Of a stretch of 64,000 nt of DNA, positions 59,637 to 64,000 are shown in pieces. The stretch is from Candidatus Latescibacterota bacterium. Lineage in GTDB: Bacteria > Latescibacterota > UBA2968 > UBA8231. The DNA lies in contig OZ253462.1 in assembly GCA_965261395.1 (NCBI GenBank), positions 4,064,001-4,128,000 on the forward strand. Direction: 5' to 3'. How positions within the stretch are numbered: the stretch's first letter is position 1; every line of letters starts with the position of its first letter. The notes under the pieces are model-generated. The model worked only from the letters and a program-made list of their open reading frames with translations, was not told where the DNA came from and made no database searches. The position numbers and the translations under genes were made by a program.

Positions 59637-59823
59637 GATTGTGCTCCTTGTCAATGGGATAGGGATAGGGATAGGGGCCGGTAGCTTAACGGCTGTCCAA
59701 CCGTGCGTCAAGTGGCTGGACGCACGGTTGACCGGGAGGGGAAAGCACACTTGAATTCACTGCATCAACAAGGGGGCTGTCATCGCCAATCCTTTCGCAG
59801 AGTGGAATAAAAATTTTGCGCTC

Positions 59824-60936
59824 TTGGCCGTGGCCGTGGCCGGGACGGGGGTGTTCTTCGGGGTGCAGTTGACTCTGTTCAACAACTTCATCGTCGAGCG
59901 GCTAGGTATCGAGCCACACGAATTGGGCTACGTCGAGGCCCTGCGCGAAGTCCCCGGTTTTCTCAACGCGTTCTTTCTGGCCCTGATCGTCCGCTGCGCC
60001 CCGCCGAAAATCGCCGCCGTTTCGCTGGTGGTGATGGGCATTGGGCTTGCCGCGTACTCGGAGGTGTCCTCGGTCTTCATGTTGGCCTCGTTCTCACTGG
60101 TGTGGAGCTTGGGCTTTCACTGCTGGCTCCCGCTAGAGCAGAGCATGGGCTTGACCTATAGCCCAAGCGCGGACAAGGGCCGCTGGCTGGGGCAATTGCG
60201 CAGCATTAGTAGCTTGGCTTGGCTGGTGGCGATTGGCGTGTGCATGGTGGGGTTGGATTTTTTGCGTTACGAGGGGGTCTTTGTCCTAGCCGGGGTGTGT
60301 ACGGCCGCGGGTGGCTTGGCCCTGTTTTGGGTCGATAACAAGGCCGCGCCCGCAGGTGAGAAGCGCTTGGTGCTCAAGCGGCGCTATCTGCTCTTCTACG
60401 CCCTGAATTTCCTCCAGGGCCTGCGCAAGCAGATGTTTATAACCTTCGCCATTTTCGCCCTCGTGAAAGTACACGAGATGCCGGTGGAGACGACCATGGT
60501 CTTAGTGATGATCAACCAAGTGCTCATCACCTTGACGGCTTCGTGGTTGGGCCGTTTGGTTGATCGCTTTGGCGAGCGGCGGATGCTCACTCTAAGTTAT
60601 AGCGTGTTGGTCTTCGTCTTTTTGGGCTACGCGATCGTGGAGCATCGGCCGAGTCTATACGCGCTCTATTGCCTCGACAATCTCATTTTCTTCGGCGGGA
60701 TCGCGCTGACGACCTACGCGCACAAGATTGCGCCCCCAGACGAACTCAAACCCACCCTCTCGATGGGGGTGACCATGAACCACGTGGCATCCGTGGCTGC
60801 GCCCCTAGTGGGCGGCTACGTCTGGCTCTTTTTTGGCTACGAGATCATTTTTATCAGCGGCGCGCTCTTGGCCTTTGTCTCGCTGATAGTAACCCAGTGG
60901 CTCGATCCAGCAAAGCAGGGTCGCATACCCATTTAA
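59824..60936 (+). CDS. MFS transporter
   Basis: About 11-12 TM, ALREVPG, GRLVDRFGER motif; true start may lie upstream. Confidence 0.85.
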   Translation: MAVAVAGTGVFFGVQLTLFNNFIVERLGIEPHELGYVEALREVPGFLNAFFLALIVRCAPPKIAAVSLVVMGIGLAAYSEVSSVFMLASFSLVWSLGFHCWLPLEQSMGLTYSPSADKGRWLGQLRSISSLAWLVAIGVCMVGLDFLRYEGVFVLAGVCTAAGGLALFWVDNKAAPAGEKRLVLKRRYLLFYALNFLQGLRKQMFITFAIFALVKVHEMPVETTMVLVMINQVLITLTASWLGRLVDRFGERRMLTLSYSVLVFVFLGYAIVEHRPSLYALYCLDNLIFFGGIALTTYAHKIAPPDELKPTLSMGVTMNHVASVAAPLVGGYVWLFFGYEIIFISGALLAFVSLIVTQWLDPAKQGRIPI

Positions 60937-60962
60937 TCCAATTCAATAGAAGGGAACATACC

Positions 60963-61823
60963 ATGAAAATCGGCACTCGCATGCCCCCGTTTTCCCGTCA
61001 GATCGGCTTTGACGCCTATGCCACGTGGTTGGCCGAAAACGGTTTTGGCGCGGTCGATACCCCGCCTTTGACCCGTCCAATCGCCCGCACCTGCGAGCAA
61101 CTAGGCTTGGCCATCGGCACCTCGGACGGCGGCGGCCAAGTCCTCACCCGCGACGCGGCCAAGCGCCGCAAGGGTTTGAGCGAGATCAAGAAGAGCTTGA
61201 GCGCGATCGCCCGGCACGGCGGCCACACCCTCTTTACCGTGCTCGGCCCGGACGACCCCAGCATGTCCAAAGCCGAGACCTTTGAGATCTTTGCCAAGGT
61301 CTATCCCCGAGTCGTGGCCCACGCCGAGAAGGTGGGCGTCAATATCGCCATCGAACCGTGGCCGGGCGGCCGGCCCCACTACCCCAATCTGGGCTGCTCG
61401 CCCGAGAGCCTGCGCTTGATTTTTGCGGCGTGCTCGTCGCCACGGCTGGGCATTTGCTACGATCCGTCTCACTTCGTGCGCTTGCAAATCGACTATCAGC
61501 GGCTCTTGCACGAGTTTGGCGACCGCGTGCGGCACGTCCATCTCAAGGACACCGAGATCATGCCGGAAAAGCTCTACGAATCCGGCAACTTGGGCGAGGC
61601 GTACAGCTCGACCTATGTGTGCGGCGAGGGTTGGTGGCGCTATACCATCCCCGGCGAGGGCGAGGTGGATTGGAACTTTGTGGTGCGCCGACTCGAAGAT
61701 GTGGGCTACGACGGCGTGCTCTCAGTGGAACTCGAAGACCACTACTTCTGGCAGACGCCTGAGCTGCAACAGGAGGGCTTGTTGCGCGCCAAAGACCATA
61801 TTGAGCCGCTGCTCAGGGGATAA
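60963..61823 (+). CDS. Sugar phosphate isomerase/epimerase
   Basis: IAIEP, YDPSH, HVHLKD, PGEGEVDW, SVELED. Confidence 0.85.
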   Translation: MKIGTRMPPFSRQIGFDAYATWLAENGFGAVDTPPLTRPIARTCEQLGLAIGTSDGGGQVLTRDAAKRRKGLSEIKKSLSAIARHGGHTLFTVLGPDDPSMSKAETFEIFAKVYPRVVAHAEKVGVNIAIEPWPGGRPHYPNLGCSPESLRLIFAACSSPRLGICYDPSHFVRLQIDYQRLLHEFGDRVRHVHLKDTEIMPEKLYESGNLGEAYSSTYVCGEGWWRYTIPGEGEVDWNFVVRRLEDVGYDGVLSVELEDHYFWQTPELQQEGLLRAKDHIEPLLRG

Positions 61824-61826
61824 GCA

Positions 61827-63431
61827 GTGGGTGCCCTGCTTCTGGTGCTCCTGCTGTCGGCAGCCAGCTATGGACAGAGCCACTTCGTCGAGGTAGCGCG
61901 CGAATTAGGCATCGACTTCGTCCACCACAATGGGGCCTCTGCCGAGAAAAATTTGCCTGAAACCAATGGCGCTGGCAGTGCTTTTCTCGACTACGACGAT
62001 GACGGAGATTGGGATTTGTACTTGGTCAACAGCGGGGACATGGAGCGGGGGCGGGGCACAGCCTCTAACCAGCTCTTTCGCAACGATGGGCACGCCTTTG
62101 CTCGGGTGGCCGACGCAACGGGCGCGCCCGGTACCTCCTATGGCATGGGGGTGACCGCGGCCGACTACGATGGCGACGGCAGCCCAGACCTCTACCTGAC
62201 GGCCTGGGGGCCGGACCAGTTCTACCGGCGTGAAGGGGGTGGTTATGTCGATGCGACGGCCGCGGCCGGCCTCGGCCACGCCGGATGGACGACTAGCGCC
62301 GTTGCGTTCGACTACGATCTCGACGGCGACCTCGATCTCTTCGCCGCGCAATACGTCCGCTTTGCCTTGGGTGAACAGCCTTGGTGCGGACGCGCAGACA
62401 TGGGGCTGCGCTTCTACTGCGATCCGAGGGTCTTTGCGTCCACTGCGGATATCCTCTACCGCAATGAGGGCCACGGCGTCTTTTCCGAGGTTGGCCGCCA
62501 AGCGGGTATCGAGCGCGAAGGCAATGGGTTGGGCGCGGTAGCTGGCGACTTCGATGGGGACGGCGATCCAGATCTGTACGTGGCCAACGACCTAACGCCC
62601 AATTTCCACTACGTCAACCAAGGCGACGGCACTTTTGCCGAGACCGGCTTGCTGGCCGGGACCGCGCTAAGCGCAGACGGGGCCAGCCAAGCGGGCATGG
62701 GCGTCGATGCCGGCGACATAGACCAAGACGGCGACCTCGACCTCTTCGTCACAAACTACCAGTTGGAAAACAACGGGCTGTATCGCAACGACGGATCGTT
62801 TTACTCCGAGATCAGCTTCAAGGCTGGCCTCGGCGATCTCAGCCTGAACCACCTTGGTTTTGGCACGGGTTTCTTCGACTCCGACAACGACGGGTACCTC
62901 GATTTGTTCGTGGGCAATGGCCACGTCCACGACAACATTGAAGAATACGACGAGTTGGTGACCTACGCACAACGGGCACAGCTCTTTCGCAATGGGGGTG
63001 CGGGTATCTTTCGCGAAGTGACCACTGAGAGCGGCCCGGCTTTCGCAGCCATCTACGTGGTGCGTGGCTCCTCCTTTGGGGACATTGACCAAGATGGTGA
63101 CTTGGACATTGCTCTCGTCAACAACGGCCGCCGCTTTGCCCTGCTGCGCAACGACGGTGCCGGGGGCAACTACCTCGCGGTTTCGCTGGAGGGTCGGCAG
63201 AGCAACCGCGACGGCATCGGTGCCCGCCTGTACCTATGGGCCGGCGGCCGTCGGCAGCTCAGGGAAGTAAAGGCGGGATCGGGTTTCCTCTCGACCAGTC
63301 AGCGCGACCCTGTATTCGGCTTGGGAACGGCCGAGCGCATCGAGCGACTGGAAATTCACTGGCCGGCTGGGGGGGTGCAAGTGCTCGAAGACCTAGCAGC
63401 GAACCAGCGGTTGCACGTAGTGGAAAATTGA
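61827..63431 (+). CDS. CRTAC1 family protein (FG-GAP repeats + ASPIC/UnbV)
   Basis: Repeated DxDxDGDxDL motifs, SNRDGIGA, FGLG, IHWP. Confidence 0.9.
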   Translation: MGALLLVLLLSAASYGQSHFVEVARELGIDFVHHNGASAEKNLPETNGAGSAFLDYDDDGDWDLYLVNSGDMERGRGTASNQLFRNDGHAFARVADATGAPGTSYGMGVTAADYDGDGSPDLYLTAWGPDQFYRREGGGYVDATAAAGLGHAGWTTSAVAFDYDLDGDLDLFAAQYVRFALGEQPWCGRADMGLRFYCDPRVFASTADILYRNEGHGVFSEVGRQAGIEREGNGLGAVAGDFDGDGDPDLYVANDLTPNFHYVNQGDGTFAETGLLAGTALSADGASQAGMGVDAGDIDQDGDLDLFVTNYQLENNGLYRNDGSFYSEISFKAGLGDLSLNHLGFGTGFFDSDNDGYLDLFVGNGHVHDNIEEYDELVTYAQRAQLFRNGGAGIFREVTTESGPAFAAIYVVRGSSFGDIDQDGDLDIALVNNGRRFALLRNDGAGGNYLAVSLEGRQSNRDGIGARLYLWAGGRRQLREVKAGSGFLSTSQRDPVFGLGTAERIERLEIHWPAGGVQVLEDLAANQRLHVVEN

Positions 63432-63487
63432 CGATCACCGTGCCCCCGTCTATTATTCAGCCGACCAATTAAAGAGGAGCGAGCTAT

Positions 63488-64000
63488 ATGACCGGATTTG
63501 CTGTTGTAGGGTTGGGCATGGGCCGCAATCGCGCCCGGCAAGTGGCCGAGACCGCAGGGGCCGAACTGCGCGTAGTCGTCGATCTCAACGAGGACTTGGC
63601 TCGCCAAGTAGGCGAGGAAATGGGTTGCTCGTGGTGTACGGCCCTCGAAGACGCCTTGGGGCGGGGCGATGTGGATGTCGTGCTGGTGATGACCCCGAGC
63701 GGGCTGCACGCATCCATAGGCGTCGAGGCGCTCAGAGCCGGCAAGCACGTAATCACCACCAAGCCGATGGACGTCAGCACGAAAGCTTGCGACGAGCTGA
63801 TCGCCGCGGCTGACGAGGGCGGCCTCTTGCTCGGTGTCGATTACCAAAGCCGCTACGTTGACAACAACTACCGCGTCGCCGAAGCGCTCAAGCTCGGCTT
63901 GTTGGGCCAGCCTATCCTCGGCGAGGTACGCTTTAAGTGGTTTCGCTCACAGGATTACTTTGAACACGGCGGCGGCTGGCGCGGTACTTGGGCGATGGAC
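63488..64000 (+). CDS. Gfo/Idh/MocA family oxidoreductase (3' partial)
   Basis: MTGFAVVGLGMG, TPSGLH, GKHVITTKP, WRGTWAMD; GAGGAG SD; runs off window. Confidence 0.85.
   Translation, partial: MTGFAVVGLGMGRNRARQVAETAGAELRVVVDLNEDLARQVGEEMGCSWCTALEDALGRGDVDVVLVMTPSGLHASIGVEALRAGKHVITTKPMDVSTKACDELIAAADEGGLLLGVDYQSRYVDNNYRVAEALKLGLLGQPILGEVRFKWFRSQDYFEHGGGWRGTWAMD

Overview
Chromosomal window from a GC-rich diderm bacterium (lnt, lipoproteins and an autotransporter are present). The gene mix (plant-type LRR lipoprotein, giant Ig-repeat autotransporter, CRTAC1/FG-GAP protein, two PhyH dioxygenases, a sulfotransferase, many sugar-acid catabolic genes) resembles marine, often sponge-associated, uncultured lineages such as Latescibacterota; that assignment is inference only. 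Housekeeping content: lnt, tRNA-fMet, CBS/CorC-ybeY-7TM/HD-phoH, aspS, cysM-mec-cysO-cysK, rpsT, lepA-hemW, tRNA-Tyr, a sigma-70 factor, mdh, argG with tandem ARG boxes. Accessory or unexplained content: (1) an ABC-ATPase + OLD-type TOPRIM pair with a 1-bp frameshift inside the Walker A motif; (2) a 10-bp tandem repeat bracketed by a duplication of the upstream gene's 3' end; (3) a 2497-aa autotransporter with 21 Ig-like repeats including a 4 x 855-bp ABAB array; (4) an island at about 42.0-45.5 kb where an unannotated HNH gene remnant has its 3' end duplicated around a wHTH-HNH nuclease gene, followed by a second protein with the same wHTH domain and an LRR lipoprotein; (5) a three-gene operon with a MotA/ExbB-like channel whose partner appears to carry Glu rather than the canonical Asp, with no TonB/TolA gene alongside. 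No rRNA, CRISPR array, intact transposase, integrase or reverse transcriptase was seen. All calls are by eye from sequence and the ORF track; no database searches were run.
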